Of a stretch of DNA of 64,000 bases, positions 1 to 8,955 are shown one piece after another. This DNA comes from Anaerolineae bacterium. GTDB lineage: Bacteria; Chloroflexota; Anaerolineae; UBA1429. The translations under genes and the position numbers were made by a program. The first letter of the stretch is position 1, and each line of letters begins with the position of its first letter. The notes beneath the pieces were generated by a model, which saw nothing but the letters and a program-made list of their open reading frames with translations, did no database searches and was not told where the DNA came from. The stretch spans positions 1,792,001-1,856,000 of the forward strand of contig OY776562.1 of assembly GCA_963675785.1 (NCBI GenBank). Reading direction: 5' to 3'.

Positions 1-65
1 ACCCTATTGCCCGCAATCATCGCCCAGCCAAACACATACTTTCCACCTGGCGATAGTTGGGGCAT
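1..65 (-). CDS. Partial CDS running off the window start; N-terminus of a probable AbrB/MazE/SpoVT-like small DNA-binding protein
   Basis: ATG at 65 with AAGGAGG RBS just upstream; translates MPQLSPGGKYVFGWAMIAGNR, resembling the MPQxxxGGKxxFGW N-termini of AbrB-like proteins; only 21 codons visible. Confidence 0.55.
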   Translation of the reverse strand, partial: MPQLSPGGKYVFGWAMIAGNR

Positions 66-85
66 TAGGGTACCTCCTTTTCCCT

Positions 86-574
86 TTACTGCTGGGGCAA
101 ACGAATATCCTTGATTCGGCCGCTTCTTGTCTCTAGCCAGCCAGTGTGTTCAGCATCACGATTGTCGATATCGGGGACATATGGTTTTATGTCAAGCAAC
201 GGTGTGCCATCCAACATATCCACATCCTCGACATAGAGCGTGCAGCCCTCGACCTTGATCAGTTTGACCAAGGAAAGACCAATGGGATTGGGACGGTTAG
301 GCGTGCGCGTGGCAAAAAGCCCGTGGCCCTTGTCATCCATCGGCGGATGGACTTCCATAATCGGCTTGGTTGCCCGATCCAGATAGAAAAGGAAATAGAT
401 ATAAGAAAAACCCTCTAGATCCTTGAGGCCCTCCTTGTACTCGGGCAGAATCTCGACCACGCCTTTGCCCCCCTTTCCCGCAATGGGTTGGATGGGCATA
501 CCGGCTTTGGTGGTGTACTCTGTGTGTATAGTGCCAATCGGGTGAAAGATGATATCCATACGTTTTCCGTTCAT
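86..574 (-). CDS. tsaA: tRNA (N6-threonylcarbamoyladenosine(37)-N6)-methyltransferase TrmO/TsaA family
   Basis: Motifs PIGTI, GLFATRTPNRPNPIGLS, DMLDGTPLLDIKPY. Confidence 0.9.
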   Translation of the reverse strand: MNGKRMDIIFHPIGTIHTEYTTKAGMPIQPIAGKGGKGVVEILPEYKEGLKDLEGFSYIYFLFYLDRATKPIMEVHPPMDDKGHGLFATRTPNRPNPIGLSLVKLIKVEGCTLYVEDVDMLDGTPLLDIKPYVPDIDNRDAEHTGWLETRSGRIKDIRLPQQ

Positions 575-700
575 ACTGTAAGCAATTCAATCTGCAACGA
601 CAGACTTGTCTCTACCGATAGTAGGATATGTCTCGCCACACTCTACCCATAGATAAAAGAGTCGTCAAGGTGTTGCGCGTACTTTTTGTAGGTAGACATG

Positions 701-734
701 AAAAAGGCCCTGGCAACAATGCCAGGGCCTTTTT
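701..734. terminator. Bidirectional intrinsic terminator downstream of the MerR gene
   Basis: AAAAAGGCCCTGGCA-acaa-TGCCAGGGCCTTTTT perfect inverted repeat with A and T tracts. Confidence 0.85.
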
Positions 735-741
735 AGAACTC

Positions 742-1503
742 CTATTCTTTGGCCAAGGTATGCCGTGCATACCAACTCATGGCCTCAGCCATGAAATCGG
801 CCAAGCCCGTTGCGTAACGATCGTAATACGCTCGAAAACGCTCATCGCTGGCATAGCCCTGGCCCAATCCCTCGTACGAGGCAGCAGTGGGCGTCCAGAA
901 ATGCTCCAGCCAGACGCAATGCCGGGCAATCAAAGCCTGCACCCGTTCATCCGAAGGCGCCAAGTCCATCATCTCTGCCAATTCGCGGTTAATGGCATCG
1001 CCTTCATCCTGCAAAGCCTTCCATTCCCCCTTGGACATATTACGCACCCGCCTGTTACTCTCTGCCACAATCTGCGGATCGTATAGCGCTCTGGCCTCGC
1101 GCTCATACTGCTCGGCCTGCTCCGGGGTCAATCCCTCATAGAGTTCTTTATCCGTCAAGGGCATCTCATCCTCCGTCAATTGCTCAATTGTTCGCTCGAC
1201 TGTCTCAAGGAGGCGCTGCAAGCGCTCGATGCGAGCGCTCAAGTGCTGGCGATGCTCACCAAGCGCCGTCAGTGGATCGAACCCGGGGTCATCCAGCAAC
1301 CGCTGGATATCCGCCAAGGGCACATCCATCTCGCGATAGAGGAGTATCTGCTGCAAACGCAGCAAATCCGATTGCTGATACAAACGATAGCCCGCCGCGG
1401 TACGGGTCTGCGGCACCAGCAAGCCAATCTGATCATAGTGGTGAAGCGTGCGCACGCTCACCCCGGCCAGTTGGGCCAGTTCGCTCACAGTATACTCTCT
1501 CAT
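742..1503 (-). CDS. MerR-family regulator, TipA/Mta type (HTH plus TipAS effector domain)
   Basis: YTVSELAQLAGVSVRTLHHYDQIGLL..GYRLY HTH; C-terminal GLGQGYASDERFRAYYD TipAS-like; ATG 1503 has a GGAGG RBS (ORF-track start 1584 is too long). Confidence 0.92.
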   Translation of the reverse strand: MREYTVSELAQLAGVSVRTLHHYDQIGLLVPQTRTAAGYRLYQQSDLLRLQQILLYREMDVPLADIQRLLDDPGFDPLTALGEHRQHLSARIERLQRLLETVERTIEQLTEDEMPLTDKELYEGLTPEQAEQYEREARALYDPQIVAESNRRVRNMSKGEWKALQDEGDAINRELAEMMDLAPSDERVQALIARHCVWLEHFWTPTAASYEGLGQGYASDERFRAYYDRYATGLADFMAEAMSWYARHTLAKE

Positions 1504-1519
1504 TGCCACCTCCACAGAG

Positions 1520-1550
1520 AGTATAAACCCTAACGTAACGTCAGAGTCAA
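1520..1550 (-). promoter_or_regulatory. MerR-type promoter with 19-bp spacer and dyad operator
   Basis: Minus strand TTGACT (1550-1545) - 19 bp ctgacgttacgttagggtt - TATACT (1525-1520); spacer holds the imperfect dyad CTGACGT-t-ACGTTAG. Confidence 0.85.
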
Positions 1551-1555
1551 GTAGC

Positions 1556-1592
1556 CAAAAAAGAGAGGGCACGCCTGCGCGCACCCTCTCTC
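1556..1592 (-). terminator. Intrinsic terminator of the glucuronidase operon
   Basis: Minus strand GAGAGAGGGTGCGC-gcag-GCGTGCCCTCTCTTTTTT immediately after the stop at 1602. Confidence 0.75.
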
Positions 1593-1601
1593 GCTAGACC
1601 G

Positions 1602-3728
1602 TTACATCCCTAGCAATGAACCCAGAATACTGCCGTCGCCCTTGAGTTGGAAGGCGCTGTTCATGCCCAACACCGTAACAGGCGTCTCACCAGTAATTAC
1701 GGCCGCCAGGTCGCAAAAGCGGATGACGACGGTGGTATCGGCAGCTGGCGTAGATTCGTTCACAGGGACGACACCAGCTTGGCCGGTGGCAAACTGGTAA
1801 ACGCCCTCGGCGCCGAAATCAAAGCGCAGCGTACACCCGGAGGGCACGCCCCCCGCACTCAGCTTGGCGGTGATGCCGCTCAGCAGTGCCTCAGGGCCAG
1901 CCGCAACGAGACTGGCAGTGCTGGGTCCACTAACCTCCTGCTTGGCGGGAGCCATGTTCTTTTCGTCGGGTTTCTTCCAACGCTCGCGCAGAAAATGCGC
2001 CGCCATCTTGGGCTCGCGCAAACGGGTGAACACGCCCTTGCGATTAAACCCGCCTACCCGCATAACGCCTTGCCCCGTGCGAAAATCAGCAAAGTTCCAG
2101 GGGTGCAGGCCCACCGCATAGTCGCGTGATTCGGCTACATCCTGATACACGCGCAGCACCTCAACCTGATTCTCTTCCTGGAACATGACGGTCGGTTCGC
2201 CATGCATACCGTTCACCGTATCAGCACCATATTCGCTGATGAGGATGGGCTTGCCCAGGCGCCCGTGGAGATAATCCAGCTCTTGCGCCAAGAACTCGGC
2301 GGCCTTGTCCATATCGTCGCCGATAACGTACCAGCCCCAGTAGCGGTTGATGCAGCAAATATCGGAGAGCTCCAACCACTCGACTGGGCCGGCCATGACG
2401 CCGATCATGGTATGCAGACGGGTGGGATCCAGGGCCTGGCACTGGGCGAACTGACGCTTGAAATACGCAGTCCCCTTGGCCGTAGCGGCACCGCCATCAT
2501 CTTTGCCCAACATACCCCCGGAACCCATAGGCTCGTTGGCCACACTCCAGCAGAACACGGCGGGATGGTTCTTGTCGCGTGAAATGAGCTCACGCAGAGC
2601 ACGTTCGGCCTGGGCGTCGCGAGAGGCAATGGCCTCATCGCTATCCCCCCACTGCATCCCCACGGCGGGAATCTCATCGATGACCAGAATACCGCGTCGG
2701 TCAGCGATCTGCATAGCCTCTTCAGAGTAGGGGTAGTGGCTGGTACGATAACTGTTGGCACCCACCCATTCGAACAGGTCGGCATCGCGGATGATTTGCG
2801 GCGGGTTGAGGCCGCGCCCCAAGATGGGCGAATCCTCGTGCTTGCCAAAGCCGCGCAACAGCAGCGGCTCGCCGTTCAAGAGGATATCGTCGCCCTCCAC
2901 CGCGATGGTGCGAATGCCCACCTCCAGCGTATAGCTATCGCTCTCGCCCAAGGTAACATCCAGTGTGTACAGATAAGGGTCGTCCGGCGACCAGAACCAG
3001 GCGTCGGGGATGCGCAGTGCCAGCTCGGCATGACCATCTACGGTCTCGGCGCTCGCTGAAACATCGTCAATGGACGCTGTCACAAGGCCCTCAGCCAAAG
3101 TATCCACCAACACAGTCACCAGGCCGTCGTCGCCAGCAATGACAGTGCGCACGGTCACATCCTCAATACGACTCTGCGGCGTGCACACCAGGCGCACACT
3201 GCGGTTCAGGCCCGAGTAGGGAAAGAAATCGAAATGGGTGCCCAAACCTGATAGGCCGCCAAAAGCCGTCATGTTTCGCTTGGTGGGATCGGGTTTTTCT
3301 CCAGGGGGCACGCGCATCACGGAAAGCGCGGCATCCACCAGGATGGCGATGTGGTTTTCCGCGCCATAAACCAACACCGCGCTCAGGTCGATCTCAAAGG
3401 GCAGATGGCCGCCCTCATGCTCGCCAAGGCGTTGGCCGTTCACCCACACGGAGGCCAAATAGTTGGCTGAATCGACGCGCAAGGTCACGTGCTGGCCCTG
3501 CCAGGCCGCTGGCACAAAGGTATCGAGAGCGTACCAGGCCCAATCCAAATAGTCGCGGGCATCATCATAAAGGTCGTTCCAACTGGCTGGCACGACGATA
3601 TCGCGCGCGGCGGGCAAAGCCTTGAACCAGCTCTCGTCGACGCCGACATGCTCGGGGTCCATTTGCCAGTGCCACCAACCATCCAGAGAGATGAACTGAC
3701 GCTGTGCGTTACGTACAGGATACAACAT
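1602..3728 (-). CDS. uidA: GH2 beta-glucuronidase with C-terminal SCP2-like extension
   Basis: HEGGHLPF, DFFPYSG, GFGKHED, ANSYRTSHYPY, WSVANEP (acid/base), SEYGAD (nucleophile), NRKGVFTR (N-K motif); extra ~110-aa tail with an SCP2-like pattern. Confidence 0.9.
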   Translation of the reverse strand: MLYPVRNAQRQFISLDGWWHWQMDPEHVGVDESWFKALPAARDIVVPASWNDLYDDARDYLDWAWYALDTFVPAAWQGQHVTLRVDSANYLASVWVNGQRLGEHEGGHLPFEIDLSAVLVYGAENHIAILVDAALSVMRVPPGEKPDPTKRNMTAFGGLSGLGTHFDFFPYSGLNRSVRLVCTPQSRIEDVTVRTVIAGDDGLVTVLVDTLAEGLVTASIDDVSASAETVDGHAELALRIPDAWFWSPDDPYLYTLDVTLGESDSYTLEVGIRTIAVEGDDILLNGEPLLLRGFGKHEDSPILGRGLNPPQIIRDADLFEWVGANSYRTSHYPYSEEAMQIADRRGILVIDEIPAVGMQWGDSDEAIASRDAQAERALRELISRDKNHPAVFCWSVANEPMGSGGMLGKDDGGAATAKGTAYFKRQFAQCQALDPTRLHTMIGVMAGPVEWLELSDICCINRYWGWYVIGDDMDKAAEFLAQELDYLHGRLGKPILISEYGADTVNGMHGEPTVMFQEENQVEVLRVYQDVAESRDYAVGLHPWNFADFRTGQGVMRVGGFNRKGVFTRLREPKMAAHFLRERWKKPDEKNMAPAKQEVSGPSTASLVAAGPEALLSGITAKLSAGGVPSGCTLRFDFGAEGVYQFATGQAGVVPVNESTPAADTTVVIRFCDLAAVITGETPVTVLGMNSAFQLKGDGSILGSLLGM

Positions 3729-3731
3729 GTT

Positions 3732-5513
3732 CTATTCCTCCTCGCCCTTCCAGGCACGGCGTAGCGTATGTGCCGCCATTTTGGGCTCGCGTAGCCTGGT
3801 AAACACGCCCTTGCGGTTCTCTCCCCCCACGCGAAGAATACTGCCCCGGGTGGCGAAATCGGCAAAACACCAATTGTGAAAGCCCACCATATAGGGTCGT
3901 TCTGCGATCACCGCCATAGCCATCTCGATCATGGCCGATTGATACTCTTCGGTGAACATCTCGGGATTGGTGGCGTGGTAACCCGCCACGGTATCGGCGC
4001 CAAATTCGGTCAGCATCACCGGCTTGCCAAAGGCACCGCACTTGTCCAAAGCCGCGCCCAGAGCCCCACGAGCCGCGGCCAAATCGCCAGACTGGGAATA
4101 CCAGCCCGGGTACTGGTTGGTGCAGACAATGTCCGCGGTCTCGAACCAGCTATCGGGGGTACGATCTCCCAGGGCCACAAAGAGGGCCAGTCGGCTGGCA
4201 TCCAGCTGGTGGGCAAGGTCGATCATGCCCCGGAAATACTCTGTTCCGCGGTCTATAGCATCCTGTGGTGGCTTTTGCGGCCCCCCACCACCGAGGAACA
4301 TCCCTGCCACGGATCCTGCCACCACAGGTTCATTGGCTACGCTCCAGGCGATAACCGAAGGGTGGTTTTTGTCGCGCATGACCAGCTCACATAATGCCCG
4401 GCTGCATTGTTTTGAGCGCTTGGCCACCAGCTCAGCATCACCAAAATCAAGGCCCACAGCGGGGATCTCGTCAATGATCAGATAGCCACGGCGATCGGCC
4501 ATGTCCATCCAATCTTCGGAATAGGGATAGTGGCTAGTGCGGTAGCTGTTGGCGCCCACCCAATCATAGAGTTCGGCATCGCGCAACACCACGGCACGAT
4601 TAAGGCCGCGACCGTTAAAGGGGAAATCCTCATGCTTACCGAATCCCTTGAGAAACACCGGCTGGCCATTGAGCAGCAGCTTGTCGCCCTGTACCGCCAC
4701 AGTGCGAATGCCGACGTTGAGACTATAGGCATCCACAGTGCCCAATGAAACCGTTAGTTTGTAGAGATAGGGGTCCTCGGGCGACCAGAAGCGAGCCTCG
4801 GGGATGCGCAGGGTCAGATCGATAGAGCCATCATCGCCTGTCGCAGAAGCCGATATACCAGCCATCTCGGCCGTTACCGACTCAAAACTCTCGGCCAATA
4901 CGTTGATGTGTACCAGGCCGTCGGCACCGTCGATATCAGTGGTGACCGTCACATCCTCGATGCCCCAGAAAGGCTGCGAGACAAACTGCACCGAGCGATG
5001 TAGGCCCGAATAGGGGTAGAAATCAAAAGCACCGCTAGGTTTGGTGCCGCCCATCATGATGTTACCACCCTGCCTGCCAGGGGGAACACGGTCGGGCAGC
5101 AGTTCGGCGTCCACCAAAATGGTCAGGGTGTTGGATTCTCCGGGGCGGGCGATGCCGGTCACATCCAAGGCAAAGGGCAGGTGGCCTCCTTCGTGATGGC
5201 CCACACGCTCGCCATTCAGCCAGACCGTGGCGGCATAGTTTGCTGAGCCTACCCGCAAGTAGATACGGTTACTGCCTTGCTGCCAATAAGAAGGCAAAGT
5301 GGTCTCGGTTTGGTACCACCCCAGGCCAAAGAACTCGGCCAGATCGGCATACTGGGTGTTCCAGCTAGCGGGAACGGCTATGGGACGAGGATCAGGCAGT
5401 GAGCTAAACCAAGCCTCCTCCTCCCCTACCTTGTCCGGGTCGGGCTGAAAATCCCAAAACCCGTCCAAGGTCGTCATATCGCGATACTTGTTGCGGACCG
5501 GATAGAGCATCAT
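3732..5513 (-). CDS. uidA: GH2 beta-glucuronidase paralog
   Basis: Same motif set: HEGGHLPF, GFGKHED, RTSHYPY, WSVANEP, TEFGAD, NRKGVFTRLREPK. Confidence 0.9.
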   Translation of the reverse strand: MMLYPVRNKYRDMTTLDGFWDFQPDPDKVGEEEAWFSSLPDPRPIAVPASWNTQYADLAEFFGLGWYQTETTLPSYWQQGSNRIYLRVGSANYAATVWLNGERVGHHEGGHLPFALDVTGIARPGESNTLTILVDAELLPDRVPPGRQGGNIMMGGTKPSGAFDFYPYSGLHRSVQFVSQPFWGIEDVTVTTDIDGADGLVHINVLAESFESVTAEMAGISASATGDDGSIDLTLRIPEARFWSPEDPYLYKLTVSLGTVDAYSLNVGIRTVAVQGDKLLLNGQPVFLKGFGKHEDFPFNGRGLNRAVVLRDAELYDWVGANSYRTSHYPYSEDWMDMADRRGYLIIDEIPAVGLDFGDAELVAKRSKQCSRALCELVMRDKNHPSVIAWSVANEPVVAGSVAGMFLGGGGPQKPPQDAIDRGTEYFRGMIDLAHQLDASRLALFVALGDRTPDSWFETADIVCTNQYPGWYSQSGDLAAARGALGAALDKCGAFGKPVMLTEFGADTVAGYHATNPEMFTEEYQSAMIEMAMAVIAERPYMVGFHNWCFADFATRGSILRVGGENRKGVFTRLREPKMAAHTLRRAWKGEEE

Positions 5514-6181
5514 TCTTCTCCTCTACTGTGGGGTAATGGACGCAAAAAGCGGTACACGGCGGTCATCTTTTCGGCAAGCAAGGCCTGGTCATCAGCGTTG
5601 AGGTTCTGCATAATGGTGGTGGATTGTTCCATGTGGCGCACCAATTCCCTGCACCACTCTTCATCATCCGCAAAACGCTCCAGCAGCAGCCCCAGGGCAA
5701 TAGCGTTAAAGAAGGCTAATTTGTGGGGCTTGGGTTCGACATCTGCAGGACCTATGAACGCATCAAGGTGAAAGCGCCCACGGCTTTCGGGTAGGCGCTC
5801 CAGGATAACGCTGTGAAGCTCAAGGGCAAAGCGCATCTCGTGGGAAAGGCCGCGACCCTGCTCGTCTACAGCTATCTCAGTACGCATGCTCAACTGCTGA
5901 CGCAGGTCGCTACGCCAGGCAGCCACAACTTCGGGGGGAAGGGTGGCGTCCGTCGGTTCAAAGAGGCGCAAAGCACGGCCAGGGCCGCTACGCTCGGGGT
6001 CACGCCAATAGACTGAGCGAACCTGTCCCTTTTCCTCCAGCACACGGAGCATATCATAAGCAGCAAAGGAACTCATATCCATGCGCTCAGCCAGCAGGCT
6101 GTAATGAAAGGGCCCGCCCTGCTCAGCGTAGAGCGCTTGAATCACGGCCAGGACATCCGCTTGATGGTTGGTAAGAGACAT
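5510..6181 (-). CDS. Winged-helix DNA-binding protein, probable regulator of the glucuronidase operon
   Basis: N-terminal LTNHQADVL..HYSLLAERMDMSSFAAYDMLRVLEEKG..GPGR wHTH pattern; ATGA overlap with the downstream gene; GGAGG RBS. Confidence 0.7.
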   Translation of the reverse strand: MSLTNHQADVLAVIQALYAEQGGPFHYSLLAERMDMSSFAAYDMLRVLEEKGQVRSVYWRDPERSGPGRALRLFEPTDATLPPEVVAAWRSDLRQQLSMRTEIAVDEQGRGLSHEMRFALELHSVILERLPESRGRFHLDAFIGPADVEPKPHKLAFFNAIALGLLLERFADDEEWCRELVRHMEQSTTIMQNLNADDQALLAEKMTAVYRFLRPLPHSRGEE

Positions 6182-6196
6182 TGTCGCCTCCTTGAA

Positions 6197-6232
6197 TTAC
6201 CTAAATTATAGCCTATATTTTGGTAAAATCAA
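6197..6232 (-). promoter_or_regulatory. Sigma70-type promoter overlapped by an inverted repeat (candidate operator)
   Basis: Minus strand TTGATT (6232-6227) -16 bp- TATAAT (6210-6205); arms TTACCTAAAT (6197-6206) and ATTTTGGTAA (6217-6226) are 9/10 complementary. Confidence 0.6.
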
Positions 6233-6341
6233 GGCAAAAGAAAAAGGCAGATACTAGCCTGCCAGTTTTATCTCTATATCCATACGCATCATGATGCCGC
6301 CAGAAGGGCTATTCGCACATCTGCCTGTAAGTTCATAGCCA

Positions 6342-8315
6342 CTATTTGTTTAGGTACTCATCGAATCGATCTACGAACAGCTCGGGATAGTCTGAATAGT
6401 AGGTATCATATTCGGTCCGCATATAATTGATCTGATCTTCAGTATAGGGGTGCACCCTGATGAATACCCTGGCGACGACGTTGTCATCCAGGTTGAAACT
6501 TGAATCCTCAATATAGTTACTGGCAATTATTGATCTCTCGCTGAGAAATTCTTCTGCCAACAAAGTAATGACACGCTGGCTGTCAGGACTAGACATGTGA
6601 GTTTGGATGGGGTCTCCAACAACGACGATTGAAGCGTCTAAAAAATCAATGGGAAATCCATCGCGCAAATCAACGTCGTTAGTCATCAACAAATCATAGC
6701 CCAGGTTCAAATCAGGAGCATTCACCTTGCGCATCACATCGCTGTTAAAAATCGTGCTGCTCGCCAGCACATACACACTTTCCTCGTCGCTGCCATCCAC
6801 CAAAGAAGACAAATAGCTGTCCAGTGCATCCAAAGCATCGAGATCGTTGCGTGTCTTGATGGCGTATGCCCTACCTACAAGTATCTCTTGGCTGATCCCT
6901 TCCGCCTGCACAAAGGAAAGGGCCTGCAACAAATTACCGACGACGAGCAAAGCAAACAAGACGCTCAAAAGCCCTTGCCCCCAAACAGCCCTTTTGCCCC
7001 AAGAAAAAGTCGCTCGCTTTATCAAGTCGAGCAAAAGGATAAAACCCGAAACAAAGAGAATGAAAATCTGTACAGCAACGACATTATAATGCTGCAATCC
7101 CATATTTTGTGTGTGGTAAAAAGCCAAGCACGTAACGAGCGTACTAGCGAACAAGAGAAAGCCTGTTCCTAGTCGCAGTCGGCCAAGTCCTCCCATACTG
7201 CCCACAGCGGCAAATCCCAAAATGCCAATCCCCAGATAGCTGCCGAGTTCTTGAAACTTTCCCCACAAGCCCAAAACGTTATATCCCGAAAAAGCTGCTT
7301 CATAATCGGTAAATAGCATCGTTTTCAGCATCCCCGTACAGCCAATGAGTAGTGCAGCAAGGGCAACGAGAATCGACAAACCATAGTTCAAAGTCAAGTG
7401 CTTACCCAACTCGATCCTCTGCCCCTTTGGCTGACGGAGCAATCTGCTCATCGCCATACCAAAAGCAAAGACACCATACCCTACTAGCCAGTAGGCAAAG
7501 TAACGCCGTAGCACCAACACCAAAGCCGCCATCAATCCCAGCAGGATCGACTGTCCAGGTGCCCGCTCATCTGGCATTTTCAGCGTGAGATAGTAGCAAC
7601 TGGCGATGACTAACAGCACAGCCCCATCAATGTAGCCATCCAGCAGAGGAAGAAAAAAGAGGGGAAAACAAAGCGAGATGAGGAAAATATAGCCGAACCA
7701 TGGCTTCTTCAAATCATAGCTCTCTACCAGATCTTGTATGAATGCGCTGATGATGCACTCAAAGGGCAAGATAAAGAGGGTAGCGACGAGTAGCTCAAAG
7801 GCCAGATAAGAGCCTCCTACCAGTTTTAGCGGAACGGCCATGAAATAAGCCAAAAGATAATTGTATTCGGAATAGTTGATGCTCGAGTAAAGCAATCTCA
7901 AACCATCAAGAGCGCTGAATGTTGACGCATCGAATCGCTCAAACAATTCGAGACTTTTGTACCAATAAGCCGCATTATCCCAATAATAAACCCAGCTCTC
8001 CTGAGAGATGATATGGCAAAGAATAGCGAGAAAAGCCAAACTTGAGATGAGAATGAGCAGAACATCTCTAGCCTTTTGGACTCGGAGCCTGGCGAAAAAA
8101 CCAACTCTCTCTAAAGCGAGAAAGATGAAAGCGTATAAAGTAGGCAGCGACAGATAACTCACCAGCCAGCCCGGTCGCATGAGCAAGATTAGGCCAGCCC
8201 CAAAGACAAGCAGCGCTAGCAACACAAGGAGGAGCCAACGTTGGGCTTGGCGTGCTTTAGGGGGCAAGCTTCTTTTTTCATGGCTCAAGCAATCAGTAAA
8301 CTTGATTTCATGCAT
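6342..8315 (-). CDS. Polytopic membrane protein, probable GT-C fold (ArnT/PMT-like) glycosyltransferase
   Basis: More than 10 hydrophobic segments, YYWDNAAYW in the first external loop, soluble C-terminal domain; ATG 8315 with AGAGG RBS. Confidence 0.55.
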   Translation of the reverse strand: MHEIKFTDCLSHEKRSLPPKARQAQRWLLLVLLALLVFGAGLILLMRPGWLVSYLSLPTLYAFIFLALERVGFFARLRVQKARDVLLILISSLAFLAILCHIISQESWVYYWDNAAYWYKSLELFERFDASTFSALDGLRLLYSSINYSEYNYLLAYFMAVPLKLVGGSYLAFELLVATLFILPFECIISAFIQDLVESYDLKKPWFGYIFLISLCFPLFFLPLLDGYIDGAVLLVIASCYYLTLKMPDERAPGQSILLGLMAALVLVLRRYFAYWLVGYGVFAFGMAMSRLLRQPKGQRIELGKHLTLNYGLSILVALAALLIGCTGMLKTMLFTDYEAAFSGYNVLGLWGKFQELGSYLGIGILGFAAVGSMGGLGRLRLGTGFLLFASTLVTCLAFYHTQNMGLQHYNVVAVQIFILFVSGFILLLDLIKRATFSWGKRAVWGQGLLSVLFALLVVGNLLQALSFVQAEGISQEILVGRAYAIKTRNDLDALDALDSYLSSLVDGSDEESVYVLASSTIFNSDVMRKVNAPDLNLGYDLLMTNDVDLRDGFPIDFLDASIVVVGDPIQTHMSSPDSQRVITLLAEEFLSERSIIASNYIEDSSFNLDDNVVARVFIRVHPYTEDQINYMRTEYDTYYSDYPELFVDRFDEYLNK

Positions 8316-8396
8316 AAAAGCCTCTATTGACAGGTGTGCCCCTATCAATGAGAATACCGGGTATGCTCGTCAACTCACGCTGGAGGACACTCGAAC

Positions 8397-8951
8397 ATGC
8401 CACAGACGCTTACTTTTACCGTCAAGGTTCCCCTTTTCAAGCAAAAAGTCATTCTCAGACAAATGGGGTTGGGGTTTGGCATTCCCCTACTGCTGCTGGC
8501 TATTCTGCTGCTGGCCACCAGCCCTCTTGATTCGGAATCTCTCAAGGGGATAGGCACTGCTGTAGGCATTACGGCCGGCATCCTGATCGTCCTGTTGGGA
8601 ATCGTTCTGCTGCTGGTATATGGTGGCAGATACGAATACACCTATACCCTGAACGCCGAGGGCATTGAGGGGCATCCTTCCGGAAAAACCGCCCGCACTA
8701 ATCGCATTGTCAATTTATTGGGCATGTTCTCTGGCAATGCCACCGCCACAGGCTCGGCCATGCTAGCTCAAGCTCGGCAACAAGAGGGCACAGCCTGGAG
8801 CGAGATCGATCGCGTGGTGGGCGATGATGAGGAGCACACCCTCGGCCTGTACAGCGGCAAGCTGCGCCACATGGTGGTATTCTGCGGCAATGAGTACTAT
8901 GGTGAAGCGCTGACCTACGCCCAAAGCCAGGTAAAAGCCAGCAACGAATGA
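8397..8951 (+). CDS. Hypothetical membrane protein (2 TM plus soluble C-terminal domain)
   Basis: GGAGG RBS; two hydrophobic helices followed by YEYTYTLNAEGI. Confidence 0.7.
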   Translation: MPQTLTFTVKVPLFKQKVILRQMGLGFGIPLLLLAILLLATSPLDSESLKGIGTAVGITAGILIVLLGIVLLLVYGGRYEYTYTLNAEGIEGHPSGKTARTNRIVNLLGMFSGNATATGSAMLAQARQQEGTAWSEIDRVVGDDEEHTLGLYSGKLRHMVVFCGNEYYGEALTYAQSQVKASNE

Positions 8952-8955
8952 AAAT

